DNA of 32,000 nt from Candidatus Methanoperedens sp. (GTDB taxonomy: Archaea > Halobacteriota > Methanosarcinia > Methanosarcinales > Methanoperedenaceae): the NCBI GenBank assembly GCA_027460535.1, contig JAPZAR010000034.1:1-32000 (forward strand), in the 5' to 3' direction. Shown piece after piece: positions 1-8,166 of the stretch (its first letter is position 1; every line of letters begins with the position of its first letter). Below the pieces are notes generated by a model. It was not told where the DNA came from and did no database searches. It saw only the letters and a list, made by a program, of their open reading frames with translations. Made by a program: the position numbers and the translations under genes.

Positions 1-133
1 CGGATGGCTGGAAAGGTACTTCAGTTTCCTGACCGCAGTCTGCGCAAGTTGCTTTGTGCATCTCTCTTGGACCGCTTGGCCTGAAACCGCCGCCTCTTCC
101 GCCTCGGAAGCCGCCTCTTCTATCGTCGCCCAT
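1..133 (-). CDS. Small Arg/Gly-rich zinc-ribbon protein, CxxC-x17-CxxC family (N-terminal part only; gene runs off the left edge)
   Basis: Not in the ORF track because it is truncated. Reverse-strand ATG at 133 with AGGAG about 9 nt upstream. Translates MGDDRRGGFRGGRGGGFRPSGPREMHKATCADCGQETEVPFQPS. The RGG-rich N-terminus, then C-x2-C and EVPF.P, matches my memory of this small-protein family. Confidence 0.6.
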   Translation of the reverse strand, partial: MGDDRRGGFRGGRGGGFRPSGPREMHKATCADCGQETEVPFQPS

Positions 134-156
134 ATTTATATATCTCCTTAGTTCCT

Positions 157-387
157 TTAATTCGCTTCATCAAGCGCTGCGATTGCGAATTTTCGCATTA
201 CACGCTCAATTTTGATCTTGACTTTGTCGCCAACTTTCGTGCCGGGCACAAAAATCACAAAGCCCTGGATGCGCGCGATACCATCTCCTTCTCTGGCGAT
301 GCCCTCGATTGTGACGTCGTGGACTCCACCTGTAGAGACTGGAGCATTTTTATCTTCTTCTGTAAACAATTTATTTCCTCTGTTCAT
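157..387 (-). CDS. TRAM-domain small RNA-binding protein
   Basis: 76 aa. The stretch HDVTIEGIAREGDGIARIQGFVIFVPGTKVGDKVKIKIERV is the typical stand-alone archaeal TRAM (OB-like) domain. It lies 23 nt upstream of the zinc-ribbon gene on the same strand. Confidence 0.85.
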   Translation of the reverse strand: MNRGNKLFTEEDKNAPVSTGGVHDVTIEGIAREGDGIARIQGFVIFVPGTKVGDKVKIKIERVMRKFAIAALDEAN

Positions 388-489
388 TTAATCAATCAAC
401 TAAAAAAAGCACACACAGACACGGGATAATCCCAGGCTCTATTAGTTACTTAATAAGCCAACTGACAGGACCTAAGAACAATCTATTTG

Positions 490-497
490 TATATAAA
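490..497 (-). promoter_or_regulatory. Candidate TATA box (TTTATATA on minus strand) for the TRAM/zinc-ribbon operon
   Basis: This is the only strong TATA-like element upstream of the TRAM start, about 100 nt from the ATG. It would imply a 5' UTR of roughly 80 nt. No SD-like motif sits directly before the ATG. Confidence 0.3.
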
Positions 498-651
498 TTC
501 TTGCCCGGGCCGTTGGATAAGATTTTAAAAAATTTCGAAAACCGTGGATAGCTGGATAATGGACAGCGTTTCCATATTTTTAAGATACTGATCTCCCATC
601 CCATGCCTGCCCATCCCTCCTTTCAACAATAAATATTGTTTTTCTTTCTCA

Positions 652-1017
652 TTATTTTCCGTAAACCTCATCAGGATCAAATAATTTTTCACCAATTACC
701 TTACCTTCGATCGTCCTGTAGAAACACGACCTGTAGCCTGTATGGCACGCGCCGCCAATCTGCTCCACTTTAAGAAGAACCGCATCTGCATCGCAATCTA
801 TCAGTATTTCATGCACGATCTGTTCATGACCAGAACTCTCTCCTTTCTTCCAGAGTTTGCGCCTGGATCTGCTCCAGTAGAATGCTCTTTTTGTCTCTAT
901 GGTCTTGTTGAGCGCCTCTTCATCCATGTACGCTACCATGAGAACCTCGCCTGTCTCATAATCCTGGGCAATTGCTGTGATCAGACCGTCTTCAAATTTT
1001 AAATCCCTGGTGTTCAT
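652..1017 (-). CDS. hisI: Phosphoribosyl-AMP cyclohydrolase
   Basis: 121 aa. The blocks [44 protein letters not shown] and [27 protein letters not shown] are the conserved HisI core, including the Cys and His ligands. Confidence 0.93.
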   Translation of the reverse strand: MNTRDLKFEDGLITAIAQDYETGEVLMVAYMDEEALNKTIETKRAFYWSRSRRKLWKKGESSGHEQIVHEILIDCDADAVLLKVEQIGGACHTGYRSCFYRTIEGKVIGEKLFDPDEVYGK

Positions 1018-1165
1018 ATACCACTCTGGATAATCTGAAAGCTTAATAATTTATCCAAAACTTCGCTGTCATAACGGTAATTTAAATATAATTTTTCAAA
1101 ATTTAAGAATGAACGAAACCCTTAAAGCAGATTGATAACAATTTATTTTAATAGAGTGACGTGGA

Positions 1166-1507
1166 ATGAAATCTCTGTCCCAGGCCAAGAATCTAGGCGG
1201 CATAGGTTCTATACTTATTCTACTGTTTATAGTTCCGTATGCGGGTATTATCTTCAGTGTAGCCGGATTTATCCTCGTCCTTGTGGCGGTTAAAGATATT
1301 TCAGATGCGTTAGCCGACAAATCCATTTTTAACAACATGATCAACGCTGTTATTCTGTCCATAATAGGAATTGTGGCCGGGTTCGTGATCATGCTCGCAA
1401 GCCTTTTCCCGTTTTTCAGAGAAATTTCGTTGCCATTCGATTCGTCCGGCAATCCTCAGACTGTAGCATTCTTCTCGATACCTGATGATATCTCACAATC
1501 TTCGTAG
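1166..1507 (+). CDS. Small integral membrane protein (DUF996-like)
   Basis: 113 aa. N-terminal LSQAKNLGGIGSILILL, then three hydrophobic helices, resembling archaeal DUF996 proteins. The antisense ORF 1096..1452 has an implausible composition. Confidence 0.6.
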   Translation: MKSLSQAKNLGGIGSILILLFIVPYAGIIFSVAGFILVLVAVKDISDALADKSIFNNMINAVILSIIGIVAGFVIMLASLFPFFREISLPFDSSGNPQTVAFFSIPDDISQSS

Positions 1508-1514
1508 TGCTGCC

Positions 1515-2672
1515 TTAATCTTTCAGCGCCGCAGCTATACAATCTTCGGTACTTGCCAGCATACTCTTAACGCCGCAAAGATTAGGCACATACTTAAGTG
1601 CCTTTCCCGAATTTACCATAATGCATTTGAACCTTTCACTTGCGGGAGAGACGACCATGCAGGTATCGCAAAAAACCTTTGCACCGCTTTTCTCAAGGCG
1701 CTTTATCAATTCCGGATGCCTTTTCTTCATTGCGCGCGAGGTGCAGATCCATACCTCTTTTTTCACTTTTTTCCCGTTCAAGAGACTTTCTAGACGCTCA
1801 AGCTCTTCAATACTGCTGTGGGGGCATCCGAAGGCTATCAAATCCGGATTGCCGGATGAATAGACCTCTTTAATCTGTCTTTCCTCGATAACGATACTCT
1901 CGCCGGGAGACCCGTACTTGCCGGCCTCTGGTGTCACCCCCTTAACATGGTATATTGCCACGGAACCGGAGGCTGCCATCGCAGCCCCAAGGGATTTAAG
2001 CTCATCTTTTGTTGGGTGGGATACGAGTTCGAAGAGCGGTACTTTATCTGCGACCATCTCGCCGATGATATAGCCCAGGGCTCCGTAATCCGAATCATGA
2101 AGGCTTGCCTTCACCCTGATCAAAACATCTGGTTTTCTATTCTCGTCCAGGTGAAAACCGTAATTCGGCGTCTTCCCTATCAACGCTGCAGAAAGCGCAC
2201 TCGGTCCCCCTTCCCTGTTGGTGCGCGCCCCGATAACGGAATTGGCGTATGAGATAGCCGAGGATTCACTCCATGCCACGTGGTCGCCAAATGATGCAAG
2301 GTTATCAAAGATTTGATATGGGGTGCAGGAGCATTCGGTTCTAACCCCGAGCGCCTCATAAGCCCTGATAATTTCCTCTTGCTTTTCTGCAAAGTCCTCG
2401 CTTATACCCATCTCTTTCCAGCATTCCAGATCCATCCCGGCAGGATTCAGGATCGAAGGCACGGCGACTTTTCCCTTCAAATCCGATATCCACTCAAGAC
2501 CTGCGTCGCCTATGGTCTTGTACGAAACACCGGCGATCTGTGCGCTTTTAATGGGGATAAGCCTGTCCGCGCCGTAAATATTGCCGAGTGCCGCGAGAAT
2601 CTCAATGGCCTTCTGGTATGTGGGGCCGTGCTCTCCATCGAGAAGCTTTTCTTCGTCAGTCGTGAGGTACAT
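1515..2672 (-). CDS. Aconitase-X (DUF521) catalytic subunit; probable phosphomevalonate dehydratase large subunit
   Basis: 385 aa. MYLTTDEEKLLDGEHGPTYQKAIEILAALGNIYGADRLIPIKSAQIAGVSYKTIGDAGLEW and CSCTPYQ are typical of the AcnX type-II large subunit. It is co-oriented with UbiD/UbiX homologues. Confidence 0.8.
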   Translation of the reverse strand: MYLTTDEEKLLDGEHGPTYQKAIEILAALGNIYGADRLIPIKSAQIAGVSYKTIGDAGLEWISDLKGKVAVPSILNPAGMDLECWKEMGISEDFAEKQEEIIRAYEALGVRTECSCTPYQIFDNLASFGDHVAWSESSAISYANSVIGARTNREGGPSALSAALIGKTPNYGFHLDENRKPDVLIRVKASLHDSDYGALGYIIGEMVADKVPLFELVSHPTKDELKSLGAAMAASGSVAIYHVKGVTPEAGKYGSPGESIVIEERQIKEVYSSGNPDLIAFGCPHSSIEELERLESLLNGKKVKKEVWICTSRAMKKRHPELIKRLEKSGAKVFCDTCMVVSPASERFKCIMVNSGKALKYVPNLCGVKSMLASTEDCIAAALKD

Positions 2673-2772
2673 CTAAACCTCCAGCCTATATTTTGGGTAA
2701 TTCGGATCGAATATAATTGGTTTTTTCGTACGTTCTCCCATTAAGAGATTGATTATGAACATTTTCAACATT

Positions 2773-3123
2773 TCATCTGCCGATTTTCATTTCAAAAAGA
2801 AGTGCCTGAGTATTATTTTTCAAATCTGGAAGCTTGTTTGTTGTTACATCCCATACGATCTCAAAATTTATTCCAAAATATTCATGCGTTAGAATATCTC
2901 TTAATCCAGCTATCTTTTTCCATTCGATGTCCTGTTTTTTATGCTTAATCTCATCAGGAATATTCTTGACAGCCTCACCAATTACTTCCAGATTTTTCAA
3001 AACGCCATCCTGTATTAATTCATCTTTAAGGAAGTCCTCATAAGACATATTCTGGGTATATTTTTCAATTTTACGGATCGCCTCAAGAATATCTTTAAGA
3101 TATGCCTCATACGTGCGCTGCAT
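2773..3123 (-). CDS. hepT: HepT (DUF86) HEPN-family toxin
   Basis: 116 aa. The R-x4-H-x-Y motif is present as RDILTHEY. It overlaps the upstream MntA gene by 17 nt. Confidence 0.9.
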   Translation of the reverse strand: MQRTYEAYLKDILEAIRKIEKYTQNMSYEDFLKDELIQDGVLKNLEVIGEAVKNIPDEIKHKKQDIEWKKIAGLRDILTHEYFGINFEIVWDVTTNKLPDLKNNTQALLFEMKIGR

Positions 3124-3427
3124 ATTTCACGCTCCCGAGAATATATGGCTTTAAATCCGGTTTGATTGCATCATGCATCACGAGATCAACCTTGCATTTG
3201 AACAGGTCTTCTAAGAAGAATTTTAAGTCCATGTAATTGTCAAATGTTGTTTTGCCTATTTCAAATTCTACAAGGATGTCTATATCACTTGTGGGTTTTT
3301 GTTCGTTTTTGATGTATGAACCGAATAATCCGATTCTTTTTACGCCGTATTTTTTAATTTTGGCTTTATTTTCTTCGAGTTTTGATAAGATATTTTTATA
3401 AGTTAACATTTTAATTTCCATTTCCAT
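3107..3427 (-). CDS. mntA: MntA minimal nucleotidyltransferase antitoxin
   Basis: 106 aa. The stretch GLFGSYIKNEQKPTSDIDILVEF carries the G-S-x(n)-D-x-D MNT motif. It is paired with HepT. Confidence 0.9.
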   Translation of the reverse strand: MEMEIKMLTYKNILSKLEENKAKIKKYGVKRIGLFGSYIKNEQKPTSDIDILVEFEIGKTTFDNYMDLKFFLEDLFKCKVDLVMHDAIKPDLKPYILGSVKYAAHV

Positions 3428-3527
3428 AGGAAAATCATTCTATTGTGTCTGATCCATCCTGTTTTCGCGAAGATAATTGTTATGTGCTTTGCAATTTTTC
3501 ACCAGAGGACATCATCTGCGTTAGTGT

Positions 3528-4325
3528 TTACTTCCCAAATTGGTTTACATATTCCTTCTTGTCCTGTTTTCCAATCCATATAACTTCTAAACGCTGGTAT
3601 AATAAGCTTCCATATATCCCACAGATTTTTATAGATTGATTATTATTTGTCAAAGTTGATTCCAAGTAAGTAAAAATTCTATCGACGAATAAACCAGTTT
3701 CTTTCAAATGGTTACCGTGGAATTTTACCACATCATCTATTAGAATGGCATTGCCGTTTGATTTTGTTGTGTATCCAGATTTATCACTAAAGTAACAAAT
3801 GGTATCGCCAGGCACTCTTAATCCAGATGAAAAATGACACGATTCGGTTCTTATGTCATTCAAAGATTTATAGGTGGTATAACTCATTATAATTCTGGTT
3901 AATGGTCCTGGGAGAGCATAAGTTTCAACTCTTGCGATTAATTTAGACATTGTTTCAGGCAAATTTTTCTTTGGGAAGATGTTCATGAGGATTTTTGCGA
4001 TATGATCATTAATACTATAAAATTCATTCAGAATTGCTTCAAAAATAGCTGTCATCAATTTCGAATGTACTGGATTAACAAATCCTTCCCTTTCTAAGAT
4101 TTCCTTTTCTTCAAGCTGAATTTTTCCAATCTCGTTAAAGTGCTTCCACAAAAGATCTATCTTTTCAAAGCGTGATTCGATTGAATGCAGTAATGAAAAT
4201 GTCTGATAACTAATTGAATATTCATCATTATTAAAAACACGAAATCGTGTTAACGAAGACCAGTTTGAAGGAGAATAATATAACAAAAATTTTCCTTTTG
4301 GTTTGTTTTCTTTTTCATTTGGCAT
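3528..4325 (-). CDS. Hypothetical protein with a candidate HEPN-like Rx4H motif
   Basis: 265 aa, long clean ORF in an AT-rich islet. A helical region (HSKLMTAIFEAILNEFYSINDHIAKIL) precedes NDIRTESCHF. I verified R159-x4-H164 at nt 3834..3851. No family is recognised. Confidence 0.6.
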   Translation of the reverse strand: MPNEKENKPKGKFLLYYSPSNWSSLTRFRVFNNDEYSISYQTFSLLHSIESRFEKIDLLWKHFNEIGKIQLEEKEILEREGFVNPVHSKLMTAIFEAILNEFYSINDHIAKILMNIFPKKNLPETMSKLIARVETYALPGPLTRIIMSYTTYKSLNDIRTESCHFSSGLRVPGDTICYFSDKSGYTTKSNGNAILIDDVVKFHGNHLKETGLFVDRIFTYLESTLTNNNQSIKICGIYGSLLYQRLEVIWIGKQDKKEYVNQFGK

Positions 4326-4387
4326 TTTTTCACATCATGAACTTTATCTTTCTCTTTTCTTTTCAGTTTGGTCTTTTTAGACAGTGT

Positions 4388-5653
4388 TCATATGCTTTTT
4401 ATCTCCGGCCTCTTCGCCCTCTCGAACTTCCACTTCTTGCTCAGATCCATCGTGGCATCTATACCTACCTTTGTCCCGATGCCGTTTTCTGAACGTGGAT
4501 CAAGCGTGCTTCCCCTCACTTCGGGGTAAATGTATATGTCCTCATCGCCCTTAACGCGGGTCGCGATCGCGAACTCGATATCATTAGGGTCGAAAATATC
4601 AATGTCATCATCCACCACAACAACGTGTTTTAAGCTCTTGTGAACCGCGAACGCGGCATCAATGGCTTTCTTTGCCTCTTCGTCATTGTTCTTATGGATC
4701 TGCACGGCTGCATGGAAATAGCAGCATCCTCCCGGGGTGAGGACCACGTTCCTGACATCAGACACTTTTTTTATTTCTGAGTATATCAAAGGCTCATAAG
4801 GAACCCCCATGAGAATATGATGCTCGCCTCCTGCAGGCAGGAGAGCATGATAAATGGGATCATGTCTGCACATCATTTTTGTGAGATAGATGACGGGCTG
4901 TTTCCTGATGATATCAAAGGTACCGCTGATATCTACAAACGGTCCTTCATCCGCAAGTTCAGTAGGATGTATATATCCTTCGAGCACGATCTCGGCGTGA
5001 GGCACTTTGATGCCGTTCTCGCACTTAAATAACTCGATAGGTCTGCCCGAGAGGGCTGAGGCGTAATTGAATTCCTTTCCCTCCGGCACGCGCGTTGAGA
5101 CCGCGAACAAAGTCACTGGATCGATGCCTATGACGATGGCGACTGGAAGCGCTTCGCCCTTCTCAGATGCTTTCCTGTAAAGGTTGTAGGTATGGCGAAA
5201 TTCAACAAGGCGCGCGGCGAGTTTGTCCTTACCTATAACCCTTAACCTGTGGATGGAGGCATTCATCACTCCATCGTATTCGGAAACAATGACACCGGAG
5301 GTGATGTAAGGGGCCCCGTCACCTTCAAAATGGGTAAGTATGGGAAGCTTCGAGAGGTCGGGTTCTTCTACAACCTCTCTTGCAGGCGAATCATGAACAA
5401 TCTTTATTTTTCCATCCATATCGCGTGAAGAAAGGTATCTTATTATATTCTCGGGGGAAACACCCAGTGCGTTCGCAAGCAATTCCCTTGAACCGAGAAG
5501 ATTCATTATGACCTTTGAGCCATTGACATTGGTAAACAGGGTCGGCTCCTTCCCGACTGAGGCCGAAACCTCAAAGTGCGGGGAGAGGGGTTTACTGACC
5601 TCCGTAATTTTCTCTTCCGATCTCAGCTGCTCTATGAATCCCCTGAAACTCAT
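4388..5653 (-). CDS. UbiD-family (prFMN-dependent) decarboxylase; probable anhydromevalonate-phosphate decarboxylase
   Basis: 421 aa with UbiD-like sequence throughout (FIEQLRSEEKITEVSKP, GAPYITSGVIV, GGCCYFHAAVQI). It overlaps ubiX by 4 nt. The AMPD assignment is inferred from clustering with AcnX. Confidence 0.85.
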   Translation of the reverse strand: MSFRGFIEQLRSEEKITEVSKPLSPHFEVSASVGKEPTLFTNVNGSKVIMNLLGSRELLANALGVSPENIIRYLSSRDMDGKIKIVHDSPAREVVEEPDLSKLPILTHFEGDGAPYITSGVIVSEYDGVMNASIHRLRVIGKDKLAARLVEFRHTYNLYRKASEKGEALPVAIVIGIDPVTLFAVSTRVPEGKEFNYASALSGRPIELFKCENGIKVPHAEIVLEGYIHPTELADEGPFVDISGTFDIIRKQPVIYLTKMMCRHDPIYHALLPAGGEHHILMGVPYEPLIYSEIKKVSDVRNVVLTPGGCCYFHAAVQIHKNNDEEAKKAIDAAFAVHKSLKHVVVVDDDIDIFDPNDIEFAIATRVKGDEDIYIYPEVRGSTLDPRSENGIGTKVGIDATMDLSKKWKFERAKRPEIKSI

Positions 5654-6213
5654 TCACGCCACCGTCTGTACAGGTTATGCTCGATTGCCAGGAGATCCAG
5701 GGCACGACCCGCCATGAAATCAATGATATCATCAATAGACTTAGGTTTTGGATAAAATGCCGGACAAGCTGCAAGGATTGATGCCCCCGCTTTTGCCGCC
5801 CTTCCCATGTTCTCGATATGGATCAAATTGAGGGGTGTTTCCCTTACCATCAGTACAAGAGGATGTTTTTCTTTCAGGCACACATCGGCTGCCCTTGATA
5901 TCAGCGTATCAGACATCCCGATCGCTATCGAAGCCAGAGTCTTCGTGCTGCACGGCGCCACTATCATGCCTCTTGACCTGTGAGAGCCGCTCGCTATGGG
6001 GGCAGTAAAATCATCATCGTCGTAAACATTATTGCTCAATTTCTCTACCTCTTGCATTGAAAAATCAGTTTCGATCTGAATGAGTTTTTTTGCAGATTCT
6101 GAGATGACCAGATGCGTCTCAAATTCTTTCATGTCTTTTAGAACTTCAAGAAGTCTTATGCCATACTGTACTCCCGAGGCACCGCTAATGCCTATAATTA
6201 TCTCATTATTCAT
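5650..6213 (-). CDS. ubiX: Flavin prenyltransferase UbiX
   Basis: 187 aa. The blocks IIGISGASGVQYGIRLLEVL, MIVAPCSTKTLASIA and PLVLMVRETPL are the UbiX/Pad1 flavoprotein signatures. Confidence 0.92.
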   Translation of the reverse strand: MNNEIIIGISGASGVQYGIRLLEVLKDMKEFETHLVISESAKKLIQIETDFSMQEVEKLSNNVYDDDDFTAPIASGSHRSRGMIVAPCSTKTLASIAIGMSDTLISRAADVCLKEKHPLVLMVRETPLNLIHIENMGRAAKAGASILAACPAFYPKPKSIDDIIDFMAGRALDLLAIEHNLYRRWRE

Positions 6214-6295
6214 GCAGTATAGTTGGTTTATTTGTTTGAATAGTTTTTGTCAAGCGATTGAATAGAATTAAATAATACCATTTCAATTACTTGGC

Positions 6296-6496
6296 ATGTA
6301 TCAGGTATTATATGATATTGCCCTGCGTTTTGGTATTGGTCTCATCCTGGGCGTTTCACTCCTGATATTAATTACTATAGTTGAGACGGCCTTCTATAAT
6401 CAAAGTAAACAGATACATTTGGCCGTTATCATTATACTTCTAGCGCTTATCATTTACGCCCTCGGGGATATCGCCATTGACATCTTACACATTTGA
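6296..6496 (+). CDS. Possible small two-TM membrane protein
   Basis: 66 aa with two clear hydrophobic helices. There is no SD. An AT-rich TATA-like stretch lies about 20-30 nt upstream, so it could be leaderless. Weak support. Confidence 0.35.
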   Translation: MYQVLYDIALRFGIGLILGVSLLILITIVETAFYNQSKQIHLAVIIILLALIIYALGDIAIDILHI

Positions 6497-6688
6497 TTTT
6501 TTCCTTCGGAATCTCCCGAAAATTTTTTTTAATCGGCTTTTCTTGGCACTTCTGACTTTGATCCTTAGATTTCCCCGTTTTGAGTTTATAACCATCTTGA
6601 ACATTGTATCATCAGGACAAGAATCAAGAAAACTCTTGATTTCCCCGGCTGCGGTTTCCTTATTAATTCCTGTAAACTCTATGCTCAT
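6485..6688 (-). CDS. Possible small protein with a basic tail
   Basis: 67 aa. GAAGGGG sits immediately upstream of the ATG. The composition is protein-like, with a Lys/Arg-rich C-terminus. No family is recognised. Confidence 0.35.
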   Translation of the reverse strand: MSIEFTGINKETAAGEIKSFLDSCPDDTMFKMVINSKRGNLRIKVRSAKKSRLKKIFGRFRRKKSNV

Positions 6689-6710
6689 ACCCCTTCAACT
6701 ACCATTGGAA

Positions 6711-6720
6711 TAAATATATA
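6711..6720 (+). promoter_or_regulatory. Candidate TATA box (TAAATATATA) for srp54
   Basis: It lies about 50 nt upstream of the srp54 ATG at 6768. The spacing is compatible with an archaeal promoter and a short leader. Confidence 0.3.
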
Positions 6721-6767
6721 TCCTTCTATTCCATACTAGAGCACGAATATCAAGGACAGCAGACTGT

Positions 6768-8087
6768 ATGGTACTGGATAAACTGGGCGATTCCCTTCAG
6801 GGCGCATTGAAAAAACTTGTCGGAGCGGGCAGGATTGATGAGAAGATAGTGGACGAGGCGGTCAAGGATATCCAGCGCGCGTTGCTCCAGGCCGATGTGA
6901 ATGTCAGGCTCGTGATGACATTATCCCAGAAGATAAAGCAGCGATCTCTGAAAGAAGAGCCACCAAGCGGAATGAACCCCAGGGAGCATGTCATTCGTAT
7001 CGTTTATCAGGAATTGATCAACATCCTCGGCAAAACATCAAATGTAAAGCTTGCCCCGCAGACTATAATGATGGTGGGCCTGCAGGGAAGCGGAAAAACA
7101 ACAACCACAGCGAAACTCGCCAGGTATTTTCAGAGGAAAGGATTAAGGACGGCTGTGGTCTGTGCTGATACGTTCAGACCGGGAGCATACGACCAGCTAA
7201 AAACATTGTGCGACCGTATGGGAATCTTTTTTTACGGAGAAAAGGATGTCAAGGATGCTATAGCTATAACGCAGCGAGGGTTGAAGGCTATTGAGAAATT
7301 TGATGTCAAAATAATAGATACGGCAGGAAGGCACGCCCTTGAGAAAGATTTGATAAAAGAAATGGAGGAGATCCACAATATTGCAAAGCCAGACCATAAG
7401 CTCCTGGTTATCGATGCTGCCATGGGGCAGCTTGCAAGCGACCAGGCGGCAGCATTTAACAAGTCTATCGGAATAACAGGCGTGGTCATAACAAAACTCG
7501 ACGGCACAGCTAAAGGAGGCGGTGCAATGTCCGCGGTCTCGGAGACCGATTCCGCAATTGCTTTTATCGGGATAGGTGAGACATCGGAAGACCTCGAAAA
7601 GTTCGAAGCGGACAGGTTCATTTCACGGCTTCTTGGAATGGGTGATATCAAATCACTTATCGAGAGAGCAGAAGAGACCCTGAAAAGTGAGGACTTGGAT
7701 GTGGAAAAGATGCTCAAGGGGAGATTTACCCTGATGGATATGTATAAACAAATGGAAGCAGTGAACAAGATGGGTCCTTTAAAACAGGTAATGCAAATGC
7801 TTCCAATGGGCAAGCTAGGGGTAAATGTGACCGAAGACATGTATAATGTGACTCAAGAAAAAATGAAAAGATACAAGTATATAATGGACTCAATGACCGA
7901 TAAGGAACTTGAGGAACCAAAACATATTAACAGTTCCCGGATCATACGGATAGCCCGCGGTTCGGGTACGAAATACGAGGAGGTACGAGAACTTCTGAAA
8001 TATCATAAAACAATGCAAAAAGCCTTAAGAGGCATGATGGGCAACAAATTTAATTTACAAAAAATGATGAAAAAATTTGGAATGTAG
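6768..8087 (+). CDS. srp54: Signal recognition particle protein SRP54
   Basis: 439 aa. It has an N domain and a G domain with [15 protein letters not shown] and TKLDG, then a Met-rich M domain ([25 protein letters not shown]). Confidence 0.97.
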   Translation: MVLDKLGDSLQGALKKLVGAGRIDEKIVDEAVKDIQRALLQADVNVRLVMTLSQKIKQRSLKEEPPSGMNPREHVIRIVYQELINILGKTSNVKLAPQTIMMVGLQGSGKTTTTAKLARYFQRKGLRTAVVCADTFRPGAYDQLKTLCDRMGIFFYGEKDVKDAIAITQRGLKAIEKFDVKIIDTAGRHALEKDLIKEMEEIHNIAKPDHKLLVIDAAMGQLASDQAAAFNKSIGITGVVITKLDGTAKGGGAMSAVSETDSAIAFIGIGETSEDLEKFEADRFISRLLGMGDIKSLIERAEETLKSEDLDVEKMLKGRFTLMDMYKQMEAVNKMGPLKQVMQMLPMGKLGVNVTEDMYNVTQEKMKRYKYIMDSMTDKELEEPKHINSSRIIRIARGSGTKYEEVRELLKYHKTMQKALRGMMGNKFNLQKMMKKFGM

Positions 8088-8166
8088 TCATGAAGACTTG
8101 AAAAAAACTATATAGCAAAACAACTATTAAAATACATAAGCCGTAATTTCGCGAAGGAGGCTTAAA

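Noticed and set aside
1485-2744. Plus-strand ORFs 1485..1793, 1621..1863, 1640..1873, 1947..2252 and 2313..2744, and minus-strand ORF 2180..2392.
   Set aside because: They overlap the conserved AcnX-type gene in other frames or on the other strand. None has recognisable motifs.
3490-3501. The sequence TGCAATTTTTCA downstream of ORF 3528..4325 resembles the GAAAATTGCA core of the conserved 3' modules at 16365-16395 and 17154-17184.
   Set aside because: It is only an 11-12-nt match with an indel in AT-rich sequence, and no flanking similarity or shared register relative to the stop codon. It may well be chance.
7232-7840. 202-aa minus-strand ORF and the other ORFs antisense to srp54 (6797..6994, 7197..7397, 7726..7920).
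   Set aside because: They are Ser/Ile/Phe-rich shadow frames opposite a clear SRP54 gene.
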